From contig CAJFCJ010000019.1 in the NCBI GenBank assembly GCA_904063045.1, positions 2,433,700 through 2,497,699 of the forward strand: a stretch of 64,000 nucleotides of DNA. Direction: 5' to 3'. The translations under genes and the position numbers were made by a program. The notes under the pieces were generated by a model. The model saw nothing but the letters and a program-made list of their open reading frames with translations, was not told the origin of the DNA and did no database searches. Positions 35,401 to 46,969 of this stretch are shown in pieces (position 1 is the stretch's first letter; the number at the start of each line of letters is the position of its first letter). This DNA comes from Dimorphilus gyrociliatus. Lineage: Eukaryota > Animalia > Annelida.

Positions 35401-36422
35401 AGACATTCTGTAATACATGTAAATAGCTGCAGCAAATCCATAAGCTATCAATTCAGCATCAAAGAATAATTTTGTAGCCTTTTCTCCATTAGGCGAAACT
35501 TGGTCAGTAAATATGGTCATAACTGCCATTGCCATATCACTCTCATACTTAACATTTACATCCGTAATACTCTCTAAAGGGCCTACGTAACGAAGTAAAT
35601 GCTATTTATTAAATTAAGCATCAGTGTTCGCCGTAAAGTTGTAATAAATTAATGATATCTTACAGATTGTGTCCTATGCCATCTGGTATAAACACAAATA
35701 CCAGGATTTGACGCATGATTAGCATCAACAACAACTTGATAACTAACGCCATTTGGACTTTCCCTGCCTTTTGCTATGTAACAACCATAATCCGGAGCTA
35801 ATCTGAATAATTCTGTAACAAATTTCTGCTGTGCGACTAATGGATCAATATCTTTGGCATTTCTAATTTTCTGTTCTGGAAAGCATGAAGCAATTAGAGT
35901 CGCCCAATTTTTGGCCGTATCTCTTATCAATTTATTGTTGAAGTTCACTCTATCCTCCATATAATCGTCTCTACATTGCAAGAAAATATACTGAGTTGCA
36001 CCGGTATCTGCTGTATCTTTATAGGTGCTTGAGAATAAGTAATCCAGTTGTAAAGGTCTGCAAGCCATTCTTAAAACGTATTCATTAGTTATGTCACTGC
36101 CGCACTGTAATTTTTCACCTAAAGGTACCAATGTCTTCAAGTCCAAATGAAACAGACCAAATAAATCAACAAACATGGGCGTTATACCACTTTGTTCAGC
36201 AACAATGTTCCTTAAATGTTCACATAAATATAGACGATTTCTTTCAGCAAAATGAAAACAATCAAAACGTTTTGCCGGATGTAAAATATAAGCGTAGATT
36301 GCTATTCCATAATTTGGCACGTGGACGAAATCCGCTTGTAGTCTTCTCTCTAACTTTTGATCATTCTCTATTCGCCAATAGGTTCTCTTAATAGGTTGTT
36401 GTGAAGAATTCTGCTCGGTCAT
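32482..36422 (-). CDS. JAK: Janus kinase (FERM-SH2-like-pseudokinase-kinase), multi-exon
   Basis: Pseudokinase LGKGLYTEV, IHGNIHAGNVMV, KVTDPG and LPWLAPE; kinase HRDLAARN, KISDFGLSR, DYY activation loop and WTAPE; SH2-like exon 34773-35108 and N-terminal FERM-like exons. Confidence 0.9.
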
Positions 36423-37492
36423 TACTTCATTGATCAATTAATAGAATTTATTTTTAAATTAAAATTATGTCAGCCATGTAAAATTTTAAATTAATGATTT
36501 GGTCCATCCACTTTTCTAGTTATTTCGCTTTTTTTAAGTGCATTCACAACTACAGTTTTTTATTATAATATATAAATTACTATAGGATAATATTTTACTT
36601 TAGTTCCACGAGCATTATGCATATAATGTAAGTTTGAGCATCAAGTTTCATTGCCATTTCAAACGTATGTGTGTGTGTTTTTTTTTAAATGAATTATAGG
36701 TGCTGTGCTCAAATTTAGTAAAATTAAGCATGTAAGAATGGGTAATAGACATTAGATTACTTATTATGCATTATTTTTGGTTGTATTATATAAGTTTTTG
36801 ACGGTTTCTTTTTAAAAATCAATGGTTATGTTCGATCAATCAGCGACATCTGTAATGTTCGAACGAAAATAACCCTAAAATGTTCTATAAAAATTAATTC
36901 TGAAGATTAAAATTTATATTACAATAATGAGATAGTACTTCGAAAACTATTCCTTGAAAATTTCTTTTTAATAAATCAGAAAAAAAATACTCATAGGAAT
37001 TTTGTAGGTCACTTTTTTTGGAGCTTGAAAAAAGCTTGGATCCCTCTTCAACCGTTATATTCTGACCTATAAATTGAAATTTAACAGGTCCCCCGTTTAA
37101 TTTTAATCTGGTGACATGTCGTAATGCCTTTCTATTACGTCACTAAAGTGCAGAACTGTTCAAATTTCCCTCCTAGTTCATTTGGTGAATAGCGTGTCGA
37201 CTGTGTGCTTCAAATTTCATATATAAACAGTAAGTGAAGTTAATTTTATGATGACTTGTACTCATTCGTTTTTGGCCTTCGTGAAATATTTCATAGACAT
37301 CGAAGAAGCGTTATAGGCCGGTAATTACGCGCCTCACTTAAGCGTGGTGTACACTTTTGCAACTCAAGAGAGTTATAGATCTCAGTTAAATTAAAATTTT
37401 GTCATGGAATTTATTACCAGTATTTTACTGGCCAATTATTAAAAAAGTGAAAACTTGACTTAGAAAACTCCATTAAAAGTGTGGAAGATTTG

Positions 37493-37502
37493 GCGCATGC
37501 GC
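37493..37502. promoter_or_regulatory. Perfect NRF1 palindrome GCGCATGCGC in the JAK / LOTUS-RRM divergent region
   Basis: Exact match 150 nt upstream of ATG 37653. Confidence 0.4.
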
Positions 37503-37652
37503 TCTACCGTCTTCGCACATTACAGCATTGTCATCTAAAAGTTTACAAAATTTTTTTTAAGGACAGAATATATAAAAGTTTTTGTTCGTAAAGTTCTTGT
37601 CCAGGTTCTTGTCATAGCCCACTTGGGCAATTCTGATTTCGTTTCAGTGAGT

Positions 37653-40600
37653 ATGGATCGCTTAGAAAGTTTTAAACAAGCAATTCGCGCAACACTTACT
37701 TCGGCTAAACACGGACAGACTTTACCAGAGTTAAGGAAGAGTTTTCTTGAATTGGGGATTAGGCCTAACCCATTCGAAGAGATGAAGATTAGTGAAGTCG
37801 ACTTCTTCACAAAGTACCCCGATGTAGGTCGGATGGAAGTCCACAACGGTATACACGTGTTTTTTGCTATTCCAACGGCTCAAGACAAGCATATCCATAA
37901 AATGGTGCAACAACAGAAGAGGGGAAAACTTAAAAGTCTAACTAAGCGAATTGAAACTGCGAAAAGACTTGATACCAGAGGGAATTTTCGACCAGTTGTG
38001 AATTGTAGTATGCGAAATAGAAGATTTGCTTCAAACCGAGGTGGATCTCTTTCAAGGTAGTATTTCCTTAGAAATATATAATATTATTATATCAATTGTG
38101 ATTGTAGATCTAGCATGCCATCCAGAATGGCACTGAATGAAATTAGAAACAGAACAGTAAGTTACTAGAGCTTTGATTAAAAAATACAGTTAAATATTAA
38201 GCACTGATATTTAGAGCCAGCAAAAGTTGATGCCAAGCAGAAGCTTTCCTCCCAATACTAGAAGTGTATGTTGAAATTTTTGTAATAATTCTCGATTTTT
38301 ACTTTTTAATCTTGAAAGGGCACTTTTACGAGCTCAATAGGATCTAGGGAGAACACCAGCTCGACTGCGTCATACAGTTTAGTAAGTGTTTTAATTTGAA
38401 AGTTTCCGTAGTGTTGATGCACGTTTTCCTTACAGGCAAGAGGAAATACAACTACGTCAGCGTGTGTCAGAAGGTCTGATGTGGCTTTAGATATGGCCAG
38501 AAATAAAAATAATTCAAGTCAAGATAGCGAAGTAAGTATATTATCAATATTAGTCTTTTAAAATATCTAAGCAACTAATTCTTTGAAGATTTCATCAAGA
38601 AGTAGCTGTACTTCTTCAACATCAAGACTAAGGGTGTGTTTTCAAACTTAAAGAATGATAGAATTAAAATAACGAAATCTTTAATCCTATCAGGCTATCA
38701 TGAACGATCCCTTTCGTAATAAACCGACCGTAGCAACCCGAAGAGAAGTCAGTTAATTTTTATATTTTAAGTTAGTTTTACCGTTTTCATTACGTTTTGT
38801 AATAGGGTTCCCCGGTATTTAATTCTGGATGTGCTAGTCGTTCAAGTGAAAGTCATTACAATAGCCCCTCAGAAAATTTTTCTCGCGGTGTGCAAGCCAG
38901 AGGAACAGCTATTTCCGATAGGGAGAATAGGAATCCTTATAATATGAAAGATGATGAACGGGATATAAACCTCAGAAGAAATCTCGGTACTCCAGCACCT
39001 AAGAAATGTACGGTGATAGTTAATCCCGATGCATCAAGTAAGACTCTAGAATCTGAAAGTACTGGGAAGCGCAGTGCGACTTTATCAAGAATTCAACCTG
39101 CTCGAATCGAATTTGAACCCAAGTCCGATTCATCGAGACGAAAGCTAAATTCTTTGGAGAATTGTATTTCTGCTGATTCAGAAAGCAATAAATCGGTTGA
39201 AGTAAAACCACTGACTACGAGTTCTTTTCCTAGAAGACTATCATGTGAAAATAACATCTCTCAGGTTAATAAATCCTCAGAAAATTCTACACCAAAACGA
39301 GGTATTCCTTTTGAACGAATACGAAAATCCATCGAAAACCTTGATCTCTCTGATAACAACAAAGTTAATTCTATAGTTGTTAATCGAGTTAACCAGGATG
39401 AACATTTAGAGAAAAGAAACGATACCAGCATTTTGGATACTAAGAAACAAGTTTGAATTTTTACTTTTATTGAAAAAATTTACAAGTTATCTTCTTTAGG
39501 ATCTGGATGTTTTGGGTGATAACCTTCGTCAATTAGCCCTTCGGAATAGAAAGAATGAATCCGACAAATCGAGGGAGGTTTCTCTTGATAATATCAAGGA
39601 CATCACGGACCCACTTTGCTTGCCAGCAATAGATGCAAGTTTTTACTATCTATATTCAAGATAAATACAAAAGTTGCTGATTTAAAATCTATTTTTGTAG
39701 ACCCCAAAGGAAGCCTCAATTTCAGCATGCAGGAGAATGATTACAAACCATCTGGCTTTGAATAAAAGAAAAGTCATTTCATCTTTAAAATCGGTAAACA
39801 CTGCTTCTTTTCTAAGTTGAACGACACAGCTTATCTAATTGATCATTCAAAGAAATTAAATATGGTACTTTTTAGGAAAAGAATGAAGAGACAGACACAG
39901 TTGTAACTTCCAAGAAAATCGTACCTAGTGGAACACCTATAAGTAAATATTCTTAAGTCTATTCTCTATTAAGTGAAGTGGTTTATGAATTGCATCTCAG
40001 TTGCCTCCTTGTTATACTCACATTTACAACTGTGAGATTCATTAAGGTTCAAAATAAAAAATATGGTACACGGCTCTAAACATCATTATACCTGCCATTT
40101 TATTTGAATTTTTCTTTTTTCAATTATAATTTCACTGATCTTACTCATTTCCAATAGATAAGGGACCATCACAATTGGAACGCAATATTATGAACGCAAA
40201 ATTGAACGAAAATAGAGCACTAGGTAAATATATTTTGCAATAGTTTATAACAAAACACAAAACATTTGTAAAGAAACTTTAATTTTTTTCTTTATTCTTT
40301 CTATCTTTTATTAACAGGAAAGAACCATGTTTTGAATGAATTTTTCATTTGTGGTATACCACTTGGTACAACTGAACTGGAGTTGAGAACTTCTCTCTAT
40401 GATTATGGGTTTATAGAGAAAATGACTTTGAAAATGGGCTATGCTTTTGTGACATTTTCCTCAGCCGAAGAAGTAAGAGCTATTTTGAAAACACGATATA
40501 TAGATCTCAAAGGGACAAGAATTGAATGTAAAGAAATGCAAACAAGAGATAAGTTGCATCATGCAGTAGACAAATCTGAACCTTTATATGATGAATTCTT

Positions 40601-40814
40601 AGTGTATGTTAAAAGCGTACCAGCTTTCTGGTCGGATGAAAAGCTAAAGGATGTATTTTCGTCTTTTGGTAATGTAACTAATGTCGCTAATTCCAGAAAA
40701 GGTTATGGCTTTGTCTACTACGATAATAAGGATATTGCAGCTGCTGTTGTTAAACAAGGGACTTTGCTAGTGCAAAACGTTTTGTTGATGTTAGAAAAAG
40801 GAAGACGTCTTTAA
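37653..40814 (+). CDS. LOTUS (OST-HTH, extended type) + disordered linker + tandem RRM protein, 13 exons, about 754 aa
   Basis: N-terminus FKQAIRATLTSAKHGQTLPELRKSF..PNPFEEMKISEVDFFTKYPDV..IHKMVQQQK. Exons 37653-38056, 38108-38156, 38215-38265, 38319-38381, 38436-38531, 38589-38633, 38694-38747, 38806-39450, 39500-39634, 39701-39793, 39876-39942, 40158-40223 and 40318-40814 sum to 2265 nt in one open frame. RRMs have GYAFVTF and KGYGFVYY. Confidence 0.8.
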
Positions 40815-41112
40815 TAAACTTTGAACTTTTTGATAATGTTAATGTCTGATAGTCTGGTAACTTTACTTAGTTGAAGACCAGACAGTTCCTGTACAGAAGA
40901 GCAAAATAATTTTATACATTCCATTTTAACATTTAGTGATCGGAATATTTAATCATTTTCAATTGGTAATTTGCAGCTTTCATTTCACAAGCTCAGTTTA
41001 TTTAATGCTAAAAGATTAATCTGGAACTCACGTATATCATTATATTTTACTTAAATGTTGAATATGATTTAATATTCTATCGTGTATACTAACTCAGTTA
41101 TATACTACAAGG

Positions 41113-41436
41113 TTATTTTTGTAACATGAAATAAGGAGACTCGTCACTTCTCTTAATATTTTCGTCATAGTCGTCTACTGCTTTTTCACTACTTCCTGGA
41201 CGAATTTCGGATGTTTCTGAATTTTTTCTTCTTACATATGCAGTAGAACTAAAATGCCTTATCTTTGCCTTTGTTTTACCGCAACTAAAGGACAATCCGT
41301 GAAAGAACGTGTACAAAGCGAGTAATATTGCAACTAGTAAGAATATAAATTTAAGAGGATAAAACGGATCTGTAACGTCAACTTGAACAGAAGTTCCTTT
41401 AAAACGTTCAGTTACGTTCTCTTGAACGTCATCCAT
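41113..41436 (-). CDS. Uncharacterised small membrane protein (likely last exon; an upstream hydrophobic segment may add a second TM)
   Basis: TM segment FIFLLVAILLALYTFFHGL. The frame stays open upstream of the ATG as VLLCVFGFIINIFFISPK, after a possible AG acceptor. Confidence 0.45.
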   Translation of the reverse strand: MDDVQENVTERFKGTSVQVDVTDPFYPLKFIFLLVAILLALYTFFHGLSFSCGKTKAKIRHFSSTAYVRRKNSETSEIRPGSSEKAVDDYDENIKRSDESPYFMLQK

Positions 41437-43958
41437 CTTTGGAGATATAAAGAATATGTTGATGATAAACCCAAAAACACAGAGCAGAACTTATATTAGA
41501 GGATACTGTAACTCATAGCATATTTACAGCGTATGTATACATACATTCATAACTATACTGTATATAAAATAATTCATATTTAAAAATTGGTGACAAGTAT
41601 GTTTTTTTTTATTATATAAAATAACTTAAAGCTAGGAAGTAAACAAGACGTTTTATTATATAAAGTGCAGGCAAAGCTCTCCTATCTTGTCCCTCAAATC
41701 ATTTTACGGATATTCACCTCTACTTGAGAATACAAGCCAACCTCTCGATCGATTTTAGATTATTTATTGGGTTGTTAATTTCTAGGCTTATGTATTATAT
41801 TTTAACGGTAGTTTTTAAAGTAAGAACCAAATTTTCGCGTCGTCTACAATTGTTCATTTAAAAGAATAAAGAAAAAACGAAAGAAAGAGAAAATAGACTT
41901 GGTTTGGTTTAGTTAATTAAATTGGATTATTAACTTGAATATCTTTTCTCGCTAGTCTAATAGATATTAACACTGAATCATTTTATAAATGTTTTAAGGG
42001 TGCAGTCAGATAGTCCTCTGATCTATTTAGACTGTTATGTCTCTTTTATGGGCAATCTGTCACTCCATCCTAATTTAACCCCACGAATAAATAATATAAC
42101 CACTAGAAACATTATTCTTTTCAAATCAAGTAGAGACAGAAAGGAATAAGGATGGAAAAATGGGTGAAAATTTTCAATAATGACCATTAATCCGGAAATA
42201 AAACGACGATAAGCGTCACAGATCAATCAACTTTTACCAGCTAAGGAATAAATGAAATTTCTATTTAGAAAGAATAAGAAAGAACATATATCTTTTAACG
42301 AATAAAGCCATTTATTAAATAAATCTATTGTAATTTTCATATCTGGCAATATTTTTCGTTCTTTCAACTTTCTTTCTCTAAACGTTTTCAACCTAAACAA
42401 GTTCAAATTCTTCTTCGTTTTCTCTATTTTCAATAATACTTATTCATTAGGCCTATATATTGAACAATTTTTCTTTCTCCATAACGTTCTATTCTATACG
42501 GATTAATATACTTTTAGCTCGCTGTTTTTAAGGATTAAGAGATATATCGTGTTACTTTTACTATTTCCTTTTTGAATAAGACAATTAAACGTTGTACTAT
42601 TTAAAAGAAAACTAGTAAAAACGAAACAATTGTGTGTTTATATAATAAACAGTAGCGTTTTTAAGTTTTCAAATAATCAAAATAGAATCATAATTTCCTT
42701 AATATTTTTCTTGAAATCAATCAATTAGGAGAAGGAAGGAAGGAAGGAAGGATAGACAAAGAGAGAGAGAAAGAGAGTGGGAGGAAAGAGGGGTTGGGTG
42801 AAAAGCATGTTTATAATGATATATAAATAGGGCTATTGTATAAGAAGAATAATACAGTATTTAAACAATAATTTATATAATCTAGAAGAGAGGAATATAT
42901 TTAATAAGAATATTGAGTGGGTAGATAGATAAAGAGAAAATAAAGATTTCTTTCTCTCTCCCCCTTACAACCTCTCTCCCTCTTTATAATTAATTTCTCA
43001 ATTTATTTCCATTGTTTAAATACAATAAAATATCGTGTAGTTGGAATTTTTATTTGTCATAAAGCACCCTTGAATAGTTACTTATTTCAAGGAATTAAAC
43101 CAATAAATTAACCGTTAACAGCTTGTTTTTTCTATTAATAAATTATAGCTTAGAAATGTCTGAACAATAATTTAAATAAGACTTGATATTAATGTATTCT
43201 AGATTTTATTTTATGAATAATTTACAAGTATATATAATAAGTTTATTGTTATATATAAGGGTTTAAAATTTCCGAAAATATAATATAAATTTGCATATAT
43301 GAATATTTAAAGTTTCAATAAGTTTGCGTATATATTATATACAATATATGCATATATGTACAAAGTTCCTTATGTTTTATCATTATACGTAAAAGAGACC
43401 TAGGAATGAATATAGCAAGCTAAAACAAGCTGTAACGCAACATCAATAATATAAATTGATCATTGTCAGCGCCACTTTTCATCCGTTAAAGTGATTGGTC
43501 ACCTCTATGGCACTCTGTTTGCCGCAATTATATTTACTTAACAACCATATATATTCATTATATATCTTTCCTTAGAATGTATTTTTTGTTTCCTTCAATT
43601 TCAATTCTCCACTGAAGACACAACTGATCAGGTAAGAAATATTTAAAAACAAACAAACAAACAAACAATGTGGAACGGATAAGAGGTAGTTTTTTTTATG
43701 ACTAAGGGGATTGAATAGATTGTGGAAAAAACATATTCATCATGGATAAATTATATACAAGTTAACAAATATTTATGGGAATAAGCTGTTCAATCCTATC
43801 AGTTCAATGAATGACATGAATTCACGTATTGCGAGTCACATATATAAATATTATGTTGACATTACCGCTAAACTATTGTGAATCTTATTGAGCACAATAA
43901 GTCCACTCCAATTTTTTTAGTAAGGGTTTTTAATCATTTCTACCTACAGCCTTCAGGT

Positions 43959-45965
43959 ATGAACAAGGAGAAATCAACTCTTCTCTGGTGTTATAAAACA
44001 CCCAATAAACTTTTTACTGTAAATTTGGAGGACAATCCTCTGGAATCAATCAGAAATTATGTTTCGAATAAATTAGATATTCAAACAAATTATGAATTAG
44101 TTACCATTGGAGGAGCTTATTCTAAATTTATGCCTATAAAATCGGTTTTATCGCACACGTTGTTGGATAGCATTATATTGGTACTACCAAAGAAGAGTAT
44201 TAATCTAACAATATGGAGGAAACAAGAGGAAATATGTAGCTTAAATATTCAATTAATGCAAACCGTTTATCACTTGAAGAAAAAGCTAAGTGACTTAAAA
44301 GGTTGGCCGGTCAACTTGATTGATTTTACATTTAAAGGTGATATCCTTGAAAATTCAACTCAATTGGCTAATTTACAACTGGACGGAAAAATTCAATTGA
44401 TTCTTCAACCTTCCCCTCCATTTATCATTATTGTTGAAACATTCTGGGGTGATACCTACCAAACGGAAGCGAATAGATGTAGTACAGCTAATGAGATTAT
44501 TCAATCAATTATCATTCAGACATTGTCTGAAAGCGTAAGGTTCGACTATAAAAACTTTCTTCCGCCTATTGAATCGTACGTACACCTTATTATGCTCAAA
44601 TTGAATGGAACTCTATTAAAGGGTAACGAATGCTTAAATAAGTATAATTTAAAACCTGGCGATATCGTTAAAATAGTCACAACCGGTTTAGAAAGAATGG
44701 AGGAAATTATCGATATTCATATTGTATTATCAAAGGGAACAGTCCTCGAAATGGTATCTGCAAGGTATGATACTTGGTTTATTATAGCATTAAAATTACA
44801 TTTTCTCCTGGGCATTTCTATTGACAAGATAACGATTGCCTTAAATCATGGTCATGTTAAATTACATCAACCTTTATTAGACTCTGAAGATTATGATGAG
44901 AAAGCAATAATTACCGCCAATGTCTATACTAATAATAAACCTAAGGGACAATCTAACGATTGTCTTAAACTATCCGTGAAAGCTCCATCTGGCGTTGTTC
45001 ATCAGTTTTCTCTAAATATTAGAAGTAAAATTAAAGACGTTAAAAGGATACTCAGACAAGAGAAACTATTAGAAGAGATTAAATATATGAATATTCTTCA
45101 TAATAATCAAATTCTATCCTCGAATTTCCGTATTATCGAATTAAGGCAAAATGAGATCATCCATCTAGAATTGCAATTAAAAACTATATCACTTAATATT
45201 AAAAGTAAAGGAAACTTAGATATTCAATTAACTATTCCAATAAAAACAAGTTTAGCTCAACTAATTGAAAAGATTAAACCGAATACGGGAAATCTTGGAA
45301 TTATTCACGCGGGAAAATATCTTGAAGAGAACGAAGAAAATAATCTTGTCCATCATGGGCTTTATATAAATAGTTCAATTTGGTTGAGTACAATTGAAAA
45401 TGAAAATATATTATATTTAGCAACATCTACTGCAATTGTTCCCTTAGTTATAAGATCAGAGGGAATAGATGGATTACAAATTCAGCAGCTACAATTGTCA
45501 GTGGGTAGTAGAATATCATTGCAATTGTTCGCTAATTGGAGGTATAAAAGAGAATCTAAGACTCGTGTAAGAAGACACGTTGTGTCAAGATTGTGTAGAA
45601 ATAGTCCTCAACCGTCGAGGACTCCTATGAAAGATTATTCGAGAATATTATCGTCAAGACAATCGGCTAGAACTACTAGATTTGCCGGATTATCGGCAAG
45701 GCCCAGTTTAAGCAGACAAAGTACGGGTGTTAAATCGATACAGGAGAATAATTGGACAATGATGACTCCTCTTGAGTATAGGAATTTAAGACAGCAAAAA
45801 CTTTTCAAGAATCAGTTTTACGAACAATTAGCTCAAGAGCAAAGAATGAAAGATTGGAAGAACAGTCCATGGTCTAGTATTGAATTGAGACAACTAGTAA
45901 GATCCCCTCAAATAAGTATTGTTAGGGATACTTTTAAGAGTGATAAATTAATAATTTCAGAATAG
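43959..45965 (+). CDS. Protein with about 6 tandem divergent ubiquitin-like domains and an S/R-rich tail
   Basis: Repeated roughly 75-aa beta-grasp-like units, e.g. INLTIWRK..TVYHLKKKLSDLKGWP..FTFKGDILENSTQLANLQL, LKLNGTLLKGNECLNKYNLKPGDIVKIV, LKLSVKAPSG..KIKDVKRIL and IIHAGKYLEEN. The ORF is open from 43878; first ATG is at 43959. Confidence 0.7.
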   Translation: MNKEKSTLLWCYKTPNKLFTVNLEDNPLESIRNYVSNKLDIQTNYELVTIGGAYSKFMPIKSVLSHTLLDSIILVLPKKSINLTIWRKQEEICSLNIQLMQTVYHLKKKLSDLKGWPVNLIDFTFKGDILENSTQLANLQLDGKIQLILQPSPPFIIIVETFWGDTYQTEANRCSTANEIIQSIIIQTLSESVRFDYKNFLPPIESYVHLIMLKLNGTLLKGNECLNKYNLKPGDIVKIVTTGLERMEEIIDIHIVLSKGTVLEMVSARYDTWFIIALKLHFLLGISIDKITIALNHGHVKLHQPLLDSEDYDEKAIITANVYTNNKPKGQSNDCLKLSVKAPSGVVHQFSLNIRSKIKDVKRILRQEKLLEEIKYMNILHNNQILSSNFRIIELRQNEIIHLELQLKTISLNIKSKGNLDIQLTIPIKTSLAQLIEKIKPNTGNLGIIHAGKYLEENEENNLVHHGLYINSSIWLSTIENENILYLATSTAIVPLVIRSEGIDGLQIQQLQLSVGSRISLQLFANWRYKRESKTRVRRHVVSRLCRNSPQPSRTPMKDYSRILSSRQSARTTRFAGLSARPSLSRQSTGVKSIQENNWTMMTPLEYRNLRQQKLFKNQFYEQLAQEQRMKDWKNSPWSSIELRQLVRSPQISIVRDTFKSDKLIISE

Positions 45966-46045
45966 TATCTTATTAATATTTTAAAACAATAATAAACTTA
46001 ATTAAAACAAACTCAATCTCTTAATTAACTCTACCAAAATGTTAA

Positions 46046-46855
46046 TCAACTAGAATCATCGGTTGTTGAATAATGTTTCTTTTTTCTCTTACACTTCTCA
46101 TCTTCCTTTTTAATCATTTTCTTTTTCTTTTTCTTCTTCTTAAGCAATGTTGTTGTTGTTGTTGTTGTTGTTGAAGAATCAGAAGGCGTAGTTGTACTAC
46201 TGGTAACAGTTGAACTTGAAATATTTCCAGCGTTTTCCGATTGTGGAGGCGGTTGATGAAGCATAGCCGCCTGTAAATAACTTTCAACTGGATTCTTTGC
46301 CTCTTGAATAATTATGGTATCAGGTTCTTTACGACAAGAAGTTTGCCATATTTTATAGATACATATTAATACACCAATGCAAATAAATATAAGTATAATT
46401 AGCAATGTCCACCATAACCAATTACCTAGATTATTATACCAAGAGAATAGAGTTTTAAAAGGATTTGCCAGTCTCCTATTTCTAACCTTCTTAGTCTCAT
46501 TAACATCAACTATTGCATTTCCACGAAGCGTTCTAGAAATTCTATCAATTGTTAATAATTTGAGATCATTCATATTTAACTTTGTTGTATTATATTTCCC
46601 AATAATTGTGTAAGTAAACAGACTTTTAATACGATTTCTTACAATTTTACAATTATAATCAGCCCTATTGCATATTCTTTTCAAATATACTAGAAAATCT
46701 ACGCTATTTCGTTTACATTGCTTTTTCAATTGACTTGATGCTAATGTACAATTTATTCTGATTGTTATTGAAGGGTACGTAATCTTCTTAGCATCATAAT
46801 GAATTAATATTGATATAACTATTACTAAAAGTGTAATGAATCCATCTTTTATCAT
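46046..46855 (-). CDS. Uncharacterised type I membrane protein (signal peptide, about 120-aa ectodomain, TM, poly-Thr/poly-Lys tail)
   Basis: Hydrophobic N-terminus, TM WLWWTLLIILIFICIGVLICIY, and a cytoplasmic tail with a (GTT)n-encoded Thr run and a Lys run. Confidence 0.7.
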   Translation of the reverse strand: MIKDGFITLLVIVISILIHYDAKKITYPSITIRINCTLASSQLKKQCKRNSVDFLVYLKRICNRADYNCKIVRNRIKSLFTYTIIGKYNTTKLNMNDLKLLTIDRISRTLRGNAIVDVNETKKVRNRRLANPFKTLFSWYNNLGNWLWWTLLIILIFICIGVLICIYKIWQTSCRKEPDTIIIQEAKNPVESYLQAAMLHQPPPQSENAGNISSSTVTSSTTTPSDSSTTTTTTTTLLKKKKKKKKMIKKEDEKCKRKKKHYSTTDDSS

Positions 46856-46969
46856 TTTTTTTTAAGAAAAAAAACTTGTAAAATAATGTATTTTTAAAAT
46901 ATTTGAATTTTGCATATTTATTAAAGTTATAGGCCTTTTGAACGAATTTTTTTTCTTATAACCATTTTA

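Noticed and set aside
36998-37075. Imperfect inverted repeat AATTTTGTAGGTCA / TGACCTATAAATT as a MITE
   Set aside because: Only about 12 bp match with mismatches, there is no clear target-site duplication, and there is no second copy in the window.
42035-42433. Two short minus-strand ORFs as a membrane-protein gene
   Set aside because: Both have non-ATG starts and AT-rich low-complexity composition, and I could not build a phase-consistent spliced model.
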